DNA of 62,242 nucleotides, counting the filler, from Choristocarpus tenellus KU-1152 (Eukaryota; Protista; Phaeophyceae): the NCBI GenBank assembly GCA_964200185.2. It is 10 parts of 10 records of this genome, joined end to end, with 100 filler letters (N's around TTAATTAATTAA, not from the genome) between each part and the next. Parts side by side here need not be neighbours in the genome. Positions count along the whole stretch, not along the records: positions 1 to 14,982 come from CAXNAD020001085.1; 9 more parts are not named here. The stretch is one strand, 5' to 3'. The translations under genes and the position numbers were made by a program. Below the pieces are notes generated by a model. The model was not told where the DNA came from, did no database searches, and saw only the letters and a program-made list of their open reading frames with translations. This document shows, one piece after another, positions 1 through 13,600 of this stretch. The number at the start of each line of letters is the position of its first letter. Positions within the stretch are counted from its first letter, which is position 1.

Positions 1-1694
1 CTCATAGTCCCGCTCCATCCTCAATTTTGCGAATCCCCTGTTACCTGAGGTGATGATCGGCTGTTAATATGAAGACAATTGACATGAATAATACAAAGTA
101 GAAAAGAACCAGAGGAAAAAAGAAGCGCAGCCAATAATTACATCGGTGTGCCGCTGTCAATGCATGTAGTGGTGGTGGTAGTATCTTGCAGTTTTACTAG
201 TAGTGTACACAAAGCACACTACACCACTTATCAGAAAACTCCAATTCTTGTTCCCTCCTACAGAACTGAATGCTCTAACAAAATTCAATTTCTAGGACAT
301 CTAACTCTGGTTTTGAATGAGTCACACTGAAATAAAACGATTTATGCTGATAGTGAATATACTGCAGTGGAAAGATTTGCCATGTTCCATAAGAATGAAT
401 CATGGAGAAAAAACAGAAGAGAGGGCAAATTTCGACTTTGCGGTTGAATTATGGCACCTATTCAAAGAACTCCATTTATCATTATGTGCAAGCTGCAGCT
501 GTACCTGGACCTCTACAGAGTAACTCACAAGTTCACACCAGCAAATATAAATACTTCAGTAGTTGGCAACAGCATCCAAACGAACTTGTCGCAACAAGCG
601 TGGCAATTGCAAAATATTCAAGGAGTAATAAAATATGTGTAACAAAAAAATACAAAATGTCCTCACATCTATAGTTGATCCTCTGAAAGAGAAGTCCCGA
701 ATCTACAAAACAAAAGAAGACAGTCAGCAACTTGGCCAACCAGCCAGAACAATATACATCCAACAAAGAAGGCACATACAACAATTTCCATTTCCTAAAT
801 ATGTCTACTACTTCATGAAGATCTCATACGATAAGCTGCACAACTGTGCCTTCGAGGTAACATTCACCTAGTGGAACCCATACTAACGATATTGAACATC
901 CATTAACGTACTCACTCTGCTACCTGTCGTTGGCCTCTGAAAGCTCATGCCCCTAGCTACAGTAGTAGTACGTTAACTCAACCTACATTATCACCTGCTC
1001 TAGACTCTGTGACCCTGTAAGCAATGATCTAATCTGCAAAGAGTAACTAATCAGAGAGAGACCTAGAAAAAGAAAAAATGCAGCAATGATCCATCCAAAA
1101 CACCATAAAAATACATCAGAGCGTCTCCAAAGCAACACAACGATCAACAGCACACGTCAGTGGGTTTACCATGCAAAGTAGTAGCAACAGTACCCTACTT
1201 GCTCCAGGCATGACCGTAACTCTCAACACTTGCCACTGAATCTCATGACCAGTGCCAACAAACGAAACCCATACATACTTCACACCAATCCCATTAACCC
1301 CTCAATGACCAGATGATGCACAATCATCCACCACATATGGAACTACCCACCCAGTCAGTCGGGCATCCACCCTTGATGGGTGTCGAATTTGAACCAACAC
1401 TTGACCTTAACCAAGTCCTCCATCCCTCCACAGATTTTTTCACTTAAGCAAGGAGAAAATCTCTGTGAAGAATGGATACACGAAAACACCATTTCCACAA
1501 CAATAGTAACTCACGCGACGTGCTCTACCAGGCGAGAGATCAAGCTAAAATACTGCCCAAGGACACACACCCTTCATGAACGATGACAAAGTAGGAGAGC
1601 TACGAAGGAGCCTATCGATTAATGCCATCGCTAAAGTGGAACTATAAGAATGCCCTTACACCACATGCACAAAAAAGAACATGCCTAACCAAGG

Positions 1695-4600
1695 TCATTG
1701 AACCTTGACACTTGATGCAAATGTGTTTGATTCCCATCCAAGGTCTCGTCTCATCAACTCATAGAGTTTCTTGTTGAATGGTCGATAGAAGTCTTGCAGC
1801 TCCTTTCAGAGTCAAAGTCAGAGTCAGAGTCACAGTCAGAGGTGTTAGCATAACATGGATAAATGATACACTACAGGAGTGTAGTGATCAAAATGGATAA
1901 CACCAGCACTACAACACATCTGTAATACTAATAGAAACAGACATAACTACTGGCCAAAATTGTCTGTCCAAGCCGAATGCTGCCACTACAAATTATGATT
2001 GATTAAAAATGGGGCACATATGGTACATGACAAGAAAATCATTATCCTCATATCAATAGAGGTGACATGCGGAGGCTCATTGACAATATTGCTCAGAATA
2101 AGAAAAAAAAAACAGAGGAGGGCATGTTGCCAAGCGAGTGTATCCCTATTGGCTAAACTTCATAGATTCACTGTCAAGTATATTTCTGTTGATTGAAACA
2201 TTGCCTCCAGTTCAATTTTTGTTCCCCACACCCTCATATCATCATTACTATTAAAAAAAATATCCTTGCTATAACATATCGATAAATATTTACAAGAGTA
2301 ATGCAAAAGAAGGAGTGTACCCACTGCTTTTGGTCCAAAGTGCATACAACATGGCAAGAGAGGAAAATTGATTGTTACCAATGAGGAAGGACTGAGCAAT
2401 ATTCCAGCAACAGATGATTATACGCATGGTCTGGAACACGTGGGCATATCACACAACCATCTCTTTGACGGGAACCCCTTTCCACCCTAGCCCTAACCAA
2501 GTGACCAATGGTAGTACCCCTTTCTGGTCTACTCCCCAACTAGGGTTGAGGACTAGTGCCTATATTGCATAACCCCTTCCCTAGCAATAACAATGCAAAG
2601 TTACTATGATATCCAAAAGGTTGGCAGCGCTTTATTCAATACTGTATCATGCAACCAATATCATGTGATAGGCTTTGGCATTTTTCCAACTGAGAATCAA
2701 ACCATCAACAGAATGCCATAGGTAATGGAAGTTCAACGGAAATGAAAAAAAACAGTTCTAAAGTGGCCCTTCTGTCCGAACGAGATGCAATTACACCTGT
2801 AACCCTAACCCGAACCTGGACCTGTACAAAATTATCTCACTCTATAGCCTGCGCCGTTGTACCCATCAGTGCCTGACATTTCTTAAGAGAAAAGGCTAAC
2901 AATGACCCTGGCAGACCATGTGTGTAGGCTGACACAGGCAGGAGGGTGTAGGACCTTAAACAAGACTACAATATTCTCCACAACACAAACAGAAACAGAT
3001 CTTTGTTTTGTGGGCAGAACCATTCTAACCCTAACCCTAACCATTGTTCACAGTGACTCAAAAAAATATTGAGCAACTAATTCTGTAACACATCATTGTC
3101 AGGGACAGGTCACCCTTTTTGGGATCTCTGACATTGATGAGGATAATACGCACAGTCATATACATTTGGGTGCGTCACGTTTTGCCATTGAGGCCACAGG
3201 ACAAGTGATGTGGTGTGGGTCAGATGCATGACTGGCACGTGGTAACCCCCACATGAACGGTGGATTCAAACCAGCAAGTCCAAGATTGTGTTTTCTGTTC
3301 TGACCTGGTCACAATCAATCACATTGAAGATTGATCCACATGGCACTCTGACGGTCTCAACATACACCCAGCATCTTTCACTTCCTTTCAGAACCTCATC
3401 TCTGGCGGTTCTCATCACCCCCCATCACACAGATCCAGGCCCCTTAACAGTGGTTCTCACACCGAGGCTCAAACTCGGGATATCGGCTTTATCAGAACCA
3501 AACCAGGCCCTTGAATATCATTACCATCATCATTTCCAACATAATTACCATCATCATTGCCAACATAATTACCATCATCATTACCAACATAATTACAATC
3601 ATCATTACCAACATAATGACCATCATCATTACTATCATCATTACCAACACCATTACCATCATAATTACCAACTACAGAAAAATATAGAAACCTCCAAAAT
3701 GACAATAGCATTTGCTGCAAAGCAGAAAAGAACACCACTCAAAACAGCTGCATCCACAATTCTTGTACACCGTTCAGGTTCAAGTTTGTGGGGGGTAAAC
3801 CTTTCTGGAACCACTATAATAAAAAGAATTACGTACTGGGGTTCCAACAGTAAAAACCATGCATACTGTACCAATCAACACCTGTCACAACTATTTCCTA
3901 ACCCTAACCCTAACCTATTACCAAATCAAGGCAAAAACGTGTGTCCTTAAAACCATCCATTACTGATTGACTTCAAGGTCAAATTTCAACGATTTGCACT
4001 AACATTAAATCTTTCCTGTTTTGCCAAAAAACTACAATATGAATCATTTCCACTTTCTGTGTTCTTACATTCCCCTTTTTTTCTACAGTATGGTGACACC
4101 TAAACACCTAAACTTAGAGGTTGAATTCACCAATAATTACACTTGTGCAACCATCCTGATAAAGTCGTTATCAAATACCCATGTGGACAGATTGACTACA
4201 AAATGCGCAATAAAAAAAGTCTCCATCCTAACCCTAACCCTAAGACAAAATGCTCCATGTAACAAAAAGCTAAGCACATCATCTTGGTGTGAGAGAGTGA
4301 ACCCAACACACACACAAGTGTACACAATAGATTTATATACCATATTAAATACTACATATTACATATTACACATATTAGGGTTAGGGTCAAACCCCTCTTA
4401 CTGAAAAGAAAAAAAAGGAAAAAGGTCAGGGTCCTGTAAATATTCTACGAAATGTAATACGAAGCAGCAATAAACATTAAAACAGTACCCTAGCCCTAAC
4501 CAGCAACAGGAAGTGAGGGCAAAACTCCTTTTGAGAAAAGTCTACGTGATGACACTATTAACAACCTAACCCTAACCAAAAATAGTTCATTATCATATAC

Positions 4601-7600
4601 ATACAGACAGTAAGTCCGTGGAACCAAATAAAACTGTCAAGTGCATAAAAAATAAAAATAAAATAACAGTGTTTTGTAGTATCCGAGCTGTAACCACACT
4701 AGCAATAGCTCTCTTGTTTCATGGGCTCCATTCACAGGTACTGATACTTCTAGCAACTACTTGTGATTGAATATTGAGTAATGTGTAAGAAAATAGCATG
4801 TTTGGTTTAAGAAGAGCACAACCCTTGCTTCACCCAATAGTCACGACACTTACTTCCCTGCAGCTATGACTGATTGTATCACTGATTGTATGACGGATTG
4901 TATCACTGATTGTATCCATTTTCAAACCATCCACGAAGAGGTCTCCTCAAAATGTCAATATTAACAAGCTTAGGGTTAGTATTGGGGTTGTTGGCCAATT
5001 CAACTCTACCTGGTCACAATGTGTTCCAACAACCCTAACCCTAACCCTGTTACCACCAGTTCCCACAGTCTCTCTTCAACTTCAACTTCAAATTCACCAA
5101 AAAAACTATGTACTAAATTGATGGTTACATTATCAAGAACACCACAAACAGCATCATAGGGACAGAGTTAGAGTTACCATGGTACCTTCAATTTCCAGGA
5201 AACACGCATCTAGACAAACCAACAACTCCAAAGACCACGGTGGAATACACTGTATATATTTTGTATATATTTTGTATCTTATTTACCTGGAACGCTTTCT
5301 CGTCAATGGCCATATGTTTGGGGATGGGAGGTGGACGAGTGACATTTTCAGGTTCTAACCTGCTGATGTCCACCGGGCACAGTCCAAGGAATTTGTACAC
5401 TCCCTTTGAAGAGAAAGGTGATAGAAAAGGGCAGTGACCACCACCACCGGTGGGGAGAAACAGAAAAGGTTCAGCTAACCCTAACCCTAATCCTCTAACA
5501 ACGCCTTGACAAGGAAATGAACTCTGGAGTGATTGTGCAAGATGCATCAAACGAAATGTCAGAAGAATTGGACAATACTAACCTATGTACCCTGTACAAT
5601 CATTGAATACTTGGTTTCACATTCTCTGCACCTAACCCTAACCCTAACCAAAAAATGGTTAATATCAGTAGTTAATACTACTAGGTAGCATTGATGAAAA
5701 ATGCTAGAAGTTTCTTGCCTCCCTCACAGTTTGTGTTTGCCCATAACCCTAACTTGCAAACAGCCCTCTGTGACATCAACAGATATAGTAGTAACATGAC
5801 TAGACTATTGCAGCACCAAGTATGTACATTAGGGTTAGGGTTAGATCAGAATGAAAGAATGTACATTAGATCAGAAATGAAAGTATGTATATTAGGGTTA
5901 GGTTTAGATATGAAATAGTAGAGTACAGGCGGAAGACCTCGAAAAGGTGTATATGATGGAAACGCAAAGTTCTAAGTGCACCCAACCCAGACTAGACAGC
6001 ATAACCACTCACAGTGAAGACAAGTTAACCACTCACGTTTAGTACTCTTCACAATGAGGGTTAGGTATGGCATGGCTTGCACCTCACACCTAACCCTAAC
6101 CCCTATAACAGAAGGTCTGTTTCTACACCAACAAGTGTTAATGAAATCTCAATTTATCAAAATTCAGGAACACCAATTTTGTCACATCCTTTCCTTTGAT
6201 CAGCACTCTTAATAAATATACATTGATTGAATCCAACATTGAAACAAGCAAAAGAGTATGTTCTATACAGGAATCTATGAAAAAACGCACCAACTGCTCT
6301 CTCATGGAGCACTATTCTGGATAGTCAAATAACTATATACAGAATTAAAACAGCAACCCTACCACTAAGAATTATTTTATACTCAACCGCGTTTATATTA
6401 CCCTACATACACATTGCTGAAGCAAATCTTATATGATTCTAACCCTAACCCTAATCCTAATCCTTACAATACGGCAGAGTGTATTAGCCTTATGTACAGT
6501 TGAACCTTAACCCTAACGCTTCAACCCACAAGGGCAACATTACTTCTTTGTAACCCCAGGCACCATAAGCTACACACATACAAAACTCACAAAAAAAGTA
6601 CCTCATCATAGACCCTAACCCTAACCCTCAAACCAATCCTCCCTAGCACTAAACACAACAAAATTATCCATCCTCCTAACCCTCACCCTACCTCTAGGGT
6701 TTCCTTCTGCCTTGTCTTGAGGTCTGCAGAGTCAACAATTATCACATTGTCCACACCAAACACGCTCACCCAGTGGAGCACCTGTACAACCCCATCACAA
6801 TCACAGGTAAGAAGGAATGGCAATCCTCCTCAATTAATCGATCTCTCAACACAGTAACCATCCTCACACAAAATAGTATAAAAGCTGTGTTTGATGTTGT
6901 ATTGCCTAGGTGTCTGCAAATAACATTGTTTGCACCAAAGCAATACTCAGGTTTTGTGATGCTCAAATCTCTGATTTGATGAGTCTGATTTGATCAAGTC
7001 TACAACATAATCACAAGGGAAATATGCATACTACGCTTATCATTGGAGATATCAATAGTCTAATATCAACAGGAAACACAGTAGCAATGATCTTTGATAT
7101 ATTTCTTACATAAAACAATTCATACATACATATATATGAATCCTAACTCAAAACACAAACGAAATGTACATCAACTTGTTCTGGGAAACAGTAACCAATG
7201 TTGACCAGATAACTTGCAAAGTAACCTTAACCCTAAGCCAAAGCCTAACCCTCACTGTACATACTAGGATGAAAAGAGAATGGATTCTGCCTGTCATTAT
7301 ATTGCACACTATCACCTATGATATGGAAGGGCTAGGGTTAGAGGACACGTGCTCAACCACGGGAGAGACAAATGATACATAAAGTTAGAAAGTACAACAA
7401 TGTAAGCCTCATTTTTTCATGTCCTCACAAAATCCCAGCATCACTATCTATTCTGTGTAAAAGCAAGAACAACAGCAGAGCACTACAGAGCACTACAGAG
7501 CATTACAGAGCCTCAGGAAAAAGAGGACAAGCACTAAATTGCCTGGAAATGTCTTCTTGGTGGCAACTATGGTGGGTGCTTGACTTCAAGAAAGGACATG

Positions 7601-10600
7601 GAAAAACACATTTTCATCAGCCCTGAATATTGAAAACAAAATCAACTCTAACCCTAACCCTAACCCTCATCAAAATTATTGCAAATAGAGTATTGATCTA
7701 TGAAAGGTCTCTTCCACATTTGGATCAAACCGAACCCTAACCCTAACCTGGAAGAAGTAAAGCCCCTTTCGGACCAGTTGTCCTCCATCTCCAGTGGAAG
7801 AGCAAGAGGAGTAAAAATGGTCAATACCCTGCACAGGCATTGCAAAACAAGGAACATAATGAGGAACATAATGAAAGACATAATGTACATAAGGTGGTAA
7901 TGATGACAGATGCACAAGAAAGGAAGGGTTAGGGTTGAAGAATCAATGGCAGTCAGACACACAGCGGGCTGTGAGAGTACCATGAAATATATCACAATTC
8001 ATATGTGTATTTCATAACCCTAACCCTAACCTCAACTCTACCCCCACGTACTGGATACTGCAATGCACAACACAACACACCTATTACACAGGGCAAGTCT
8101 ACAAATAAATTGTTAACATTATTAAAAAGGTTCAAAAAAATAGATGACATATGATATGCCTCCAAGAAGTTGCAATGATGTGTACAAAATATACCCCTAA
8201 GTATACAGAACCAATAGGCCAAGAGTGTCCTCAACCTGAGACAATCACAAACAATAAAAAATATATATATATATATGTATCACTAAGAATCGTACCCAAA
8301 GCAGCAAGCAAAATATACAAGATATGGACCAAATCAAACTTCAGCAGACTTCAATATCCCTAACCCTATCTGGCAGACACGTTGGATTTTCTATAAAACA
8401 TATATATTAAAAAAAGCAACAATATCAACCCTCGACGGACAACAAGGTTCTAGTGATGTGAATAAATACCATTAGGGTTAGGGTTAGGTTTCATTTAGTT
8501 GAGACTGTTCAATGAGTCGATTAGTTCTTGTGATACAACGAAGTATCTAAAATATATATTTTTTCTTTTCTTGCAACTCAGAACACCAACCCTCAAAGGT
8601 TAATCAAAATAAAATATAGACAAATATTTCCATTTTTCCAGTGTCCCTAAAGAGCAATAAAATCAACCATCAACAGATATCAACATGTAACCCTAACCCT
8701 AACCCTAACCGTCAACAGATACCAACATGTACGAGTGTTTCGAAAAACAGAAACGAAACCACCTATCTTACAAACAAGATATCAAAATAACTACGGAAAA
8801 TACCTCTTTGTCAGCATCCGATATGGGAGTATATCCTTTATGCATCTCTATGTTGATATGTGTCATGTTGGGAGTGAAGAACCTCTCCACTTGTTCATGT
8901 CCCTGAAAACAAGTCTTGACTTGACTCAAAGAAGAAGTCACCACTGACATACAGGAAAAGAAGAGGAAAGTCACACAGTCACAAACACACATTGCAAGAG
9001 GAAAAAGAACATACCCTAACCCTAACACAGAAAAAATAATATGAATAATATTACCGCTAATAATACTTACAAAATATATACTATATACCATATACTATAT
9101 ACTAGTAACATACTTAGAAAAAAACACTATTATTGCATCTGTGTGAGAGGAGCATTGTTTACATTCTTGACAAGCATTCTTACTACTAACACCAACTCTG
9201 CCTGTCTGTCTTGGGCACCTTCCACAATAAAGCACATTACATTTCTCTATTCTATTGTTAGGGTTAGGGTTCCGCTGAATGCAGTCCTCCAAACCACTCA
9301 GACACTCAGATGTGAATGCAGGATCTTGTTCACAAAATCAGGCTTAGTGGGGGTAACCGGATGCTGAAGTTCCCTATAGTGTACAGTGTATAGTGTATAG
9401 ACTATAGACCAATTTTGCACGTAAGAATTGAATTGTCCACAGTTATAGTTTCAACATGCAATTGCATCGCTGTTATCGTCTTCATTACAATTCAATGCAG
9501 TCTATTATAGCCCTAACTCTAAGTCTATTTACTGGGGACAGGAAAAAACCGTTTGGGTTTCTGATCAGAAATTCTTGAAGGAAAGTCATCTCTTTCTTCA
9601 CCAGTGTTAGGGTTAGTGTTATCTATCAAAGCAACCCAAAAAATACAGTTTCAAAGCCTAACCTCTAATTTTCTTGTCCCAGGGCATCATAAACCACTTA
9701 GTACTTACTGCTGGTGAAGGAATTGCCAGAAACATTCTAACAGAAAATATCATTTTTTTACCATACAGAATAATCCATAAGCATCAAATTAGTCTCGTGT
9801 CAGAAAAAATGCTGAATTGTCCATTCTCCATAAATGAATTATAATTGTAAAATATCATACTTGTACATTTCAGAAGGCACCTTTATCATTGTTCGGTCTT
9901 GTTCCTAGCAGGAGCTACAAGTCTCTTAAAACAACACATATTTTACACATTCTTGAAAATTTACTATCAAAAAAATAAACAAAATGTATCTCAAAAACAC
10001 TATGTGACAGCATTAACAGTTGAGGTAGGATATCACCACAAGAAACAAAATGTAATACCAAGATTACCACCACTACACTACACTCTAAGTAGTATTGGGC
10101 TGGGGTTGGGTTATGGTTAGTGTTAGTGAGGCAATTCCTCTAACCTTCTGAGAAGGTGATGTTCTTGTTGGCATAGTTACCAAAAAGGAACCGGTAGTCC
10201 GACCATGCTCGAGCCACTGGGTCCCTAAATACAAAACAAGATGGTCAAAAAGAGAATGAGAAGGAGGATGATAAGGAGAATCAGGGTTAGGGTTGGGATG
10301 ATGACAGCAACCAAAAGTGCGTATCACCTGGATGCATCTATTCTGGTGCTTTAGTCATCTGCACCTCCATGTTTTAGTTTGCAAAGCCCTCACCAATGTC
10401 TTCATACTCAACTTATTTGAATACCTATTTCAAACCACACTATTTCAATACCCCACGTTTTATACTACAAAAACACTACTATACTCCATACTTCAAAATA
10501 GTAGGGATAGGGTTAGAGTTTTGGTCCTTGTTTATTGTAACTTCAAGTATAAATAACTTGTCTAACTCATCGTTAAAAAGAAAAAATATATTCTACCCCT

Positions 10601-13600
10601 GAAAAATTGTTCTGATCAGCACTATGTAAAGTATACAGCCAGGAGAATTCAAATTATAGTAAGGGTTAGGGTAAAAGGGGTAAAAGCGGATCAACAACTG
10701 GATGCATCCTATCAGTCCCATACATAAAAAACTCTTGGTATGGGTGTACAAAGCAAATTGTACCTATTGCTAAATATAAATCTATGGAAAGTTGTAACAG
10801 TCATAACTGTCACAAGACATGAAAAAAATAAAACAGGCAGTCAAGTTTGGCCAAACTAAATTCTAGAACACACTATGTGCAATACAAACCAGTCAGTCAG
10901 TCAGTCAGTCAGTCAAGGGAACCCAAAAGATGGGTACCCTCAACCCTAACCCTAACCCTACCATCGTGGGTAAAGAATTGCATGAAAAAAAGCACATGGT
11001 GTTGTATTTGTTCAGTCTATGTGACTTCACAACATGTCGACCACAATAGAAGCTCTACTAGGGTTAGGGTTACTAGGGTTAGGTTTACTAATTTGACTTC
11101 AAAATAGTAAATTCTTGTGTCGATTTAGTAGCCTTACATATGCCTCCAACCCTCAAAATCAATTCTTACCATCATCATTACAAATAACATTTTTTTGATG
11201 ACTGTTGGAATATCACCTGAGTGCAAAGACAACCTTGGCATGACTGTTATCTGCAAAGATAGCCCTGGGAACAGATTTATCGTGGCTCATGTATGTCACA
11301 GTACCATCTCCTGAAATAAAGTTCTCCTGCTCTTCCAGGAAAGGGAAACCTGCCATCCTCAGTCCCAGCTTGTTCTTATTCGCAGCAACCTGAGGTAAGT
11401 ACCTGCCCTCAACAAATATATTAAAATATCGATCCATTAAAGAAACAGAAAATAGTGTGAAAATAGTGAGAAAATGGAATTTAGAAACAACAACTTACCA
11501 CAAGATCAGGTGTTAAAACCACTCAGGATGTTTGCTCACAGAGCCGTGTAGGTTTCAGCAACCCAATTTCATATCACTAGCAAGCATGCTATATATAGTG
11601 AGACACAGCAACATTGAAGAGGGGGTACCGTTCAGAAATCAATAAAGGTACCTGGAACTTGGACAACCACATGTTGACTATGGGTTAGGGTTAAGGTTAC
11701 ATCCATCAATCACACACACACCTTCCAGTCTCCTTGAAGCCATGAGACCCTCGAAGTGGTTGCACAACCTGTTCACAATATGTAAGATTATTGGTGATTG
11801 GTGATTGATTATTGATTTTTGATGATTGATTGATTATTGAAAATAAAAAACTTAAAAAAAATAATTTATTTAAATCAAAGATAGTGTTAAGAAAATTGGT
11901 CTGAGAATAATTCCTGCTATCATATTTGTTCTAGTTCTTTTTTCAATTGTTGATGCTCTCTGTAAGATGAAAAGGGTTAGGGTTAGGGAAAGGGAATGTA
12001 GTATTAACTGAATGAATGGTCACATGAACCAACAGATGGGCGGGGAACAGGATGGGTCATTGGATAGATGGATGATCAGTTGGCTCATGGATGGAAAAAA
12101 GAGGTGACTTGGTAGATTGCTGGCTGGATGGACAGATAGATGAAGGAGGTCTGCTTCTTTATCACGCCCCCTTCTTCTCCTTCTTCCACTTGGCCTCCAA
12201 AAATACTTGTTCACAGAACAGTCACATAACAAAAAACTAACCCTAACCCTAATTATGGAATTGATAGAGGTAATTGTCATTGGTGTGGCACCCAGTTGAA
12301 CCCTAACCCTAACCCTAACCCTAACCCTAACCCGAAGTGACACCTTATTGATACTTGGAAATTTATCAACTTCTTCCACAACTTGAACAGATATGAAAGG
12401 TACTGATCAGATCCCGTAGGGCTAGGTTAGCCTAACCCTAACACCAACAAGAATAGAACCAGGGAAGGCCTTTTGTTCAATACAGTTTGCAAAGAGCAGC
12501 TGTATTGTGGAGTCAAAACAATCAACCATAACCCTTGCACATCCCTAACACTAACCCTAACCCTAACCCAAACATATGGTCGTTGACATGCCTTCACTAA
12601 GTGGATAGTGTTATCACCTTATTACGCAATATTTCCTATCAAGCATTCTAACCCTAACTCTAAGTTTCCTACTTGATAGAAGTCACACCTCTAAATTATG
12701 CAAACCTGTGCAATTTTAACCTTGATAAAATATCTTGGTCTTAGACTCCCCTCGGATACTGACCTACCCCACTCAACAGTGCTGGATTGGTTCATAGAGG
12801 CAGAGAACAAATGGTATCAGTACTGCTATTAATACTATTATTAATAGCGCTAATTCAAGGTCATAGCCCATAGAGGAAAGAAAGAAATTAATCCAATTCA
12901 ATCAAGGTAGATTGAACAAAATGAAACAATACACATACATTTGACATGAATACATAGTACAGACTCATCCCATGGGAAGAAACTCAATACGTTTTAAGCA
13001 CAAATTACACCTCATCACACATACATAATACATAGATACACAATACATTTCCAAGCACACATTCACACAGTACCTACACAAACACTCGACTAAAATGAGA
13101 AAATTAACACAAGGAAATTAACATAAGAACATTAACATAAGAACAATGCGTATCCAACAAATGAAAAGCAAACACACAATTATCTTAACATAGAAACACA
13201 CACACACACACACACATATACCTTGATGGCACAGATACAAAAAGTCAATTTACCTGTGGATGCCAGGAGATAGCATGAAACAGGAACGTTGAAGCACCCT
13301 TTTGGGTTCCAGGTACAAACACCCCTGGGGCACACTGCAGTGCTGCCTGAGATACCTCTGGTTGATTTGGCTTCTTGGCAAATCTGGTGCACCCAGCACA
13401 GTGCAGCAACCCAACAACACCAGAAAAAGACAATGAAAAGGAATGCAGAGGAAAGGCACTTTGACAAGGTGAGCAATACCAACACACTACCAGAGGGTAG
13501 CAAGAATTTAACTGACAGAAAATGCTGTTGACAGTTGGTTTGCTAGATCTCATAAAACACTAGATAAATCCTTTACCATAAAACACGTAAGATATCGACA

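Noticed and set aside
3288-3950. 220-aa His-rich ORF
   Set aside because: It is produced by a minisatellite and lies antisense within a sulfotransferase intron.
6770-6781. 12-nt micro-exon (VLHW|gtgag)
   Set aside because: Read-through to 6692 gives conserved sulfotransferase sequence and the correct phase.
12299-12333. True chromosome end or telomere fusion
   Set aside because: Only 5 units, embedded in an intron of an intact gene.
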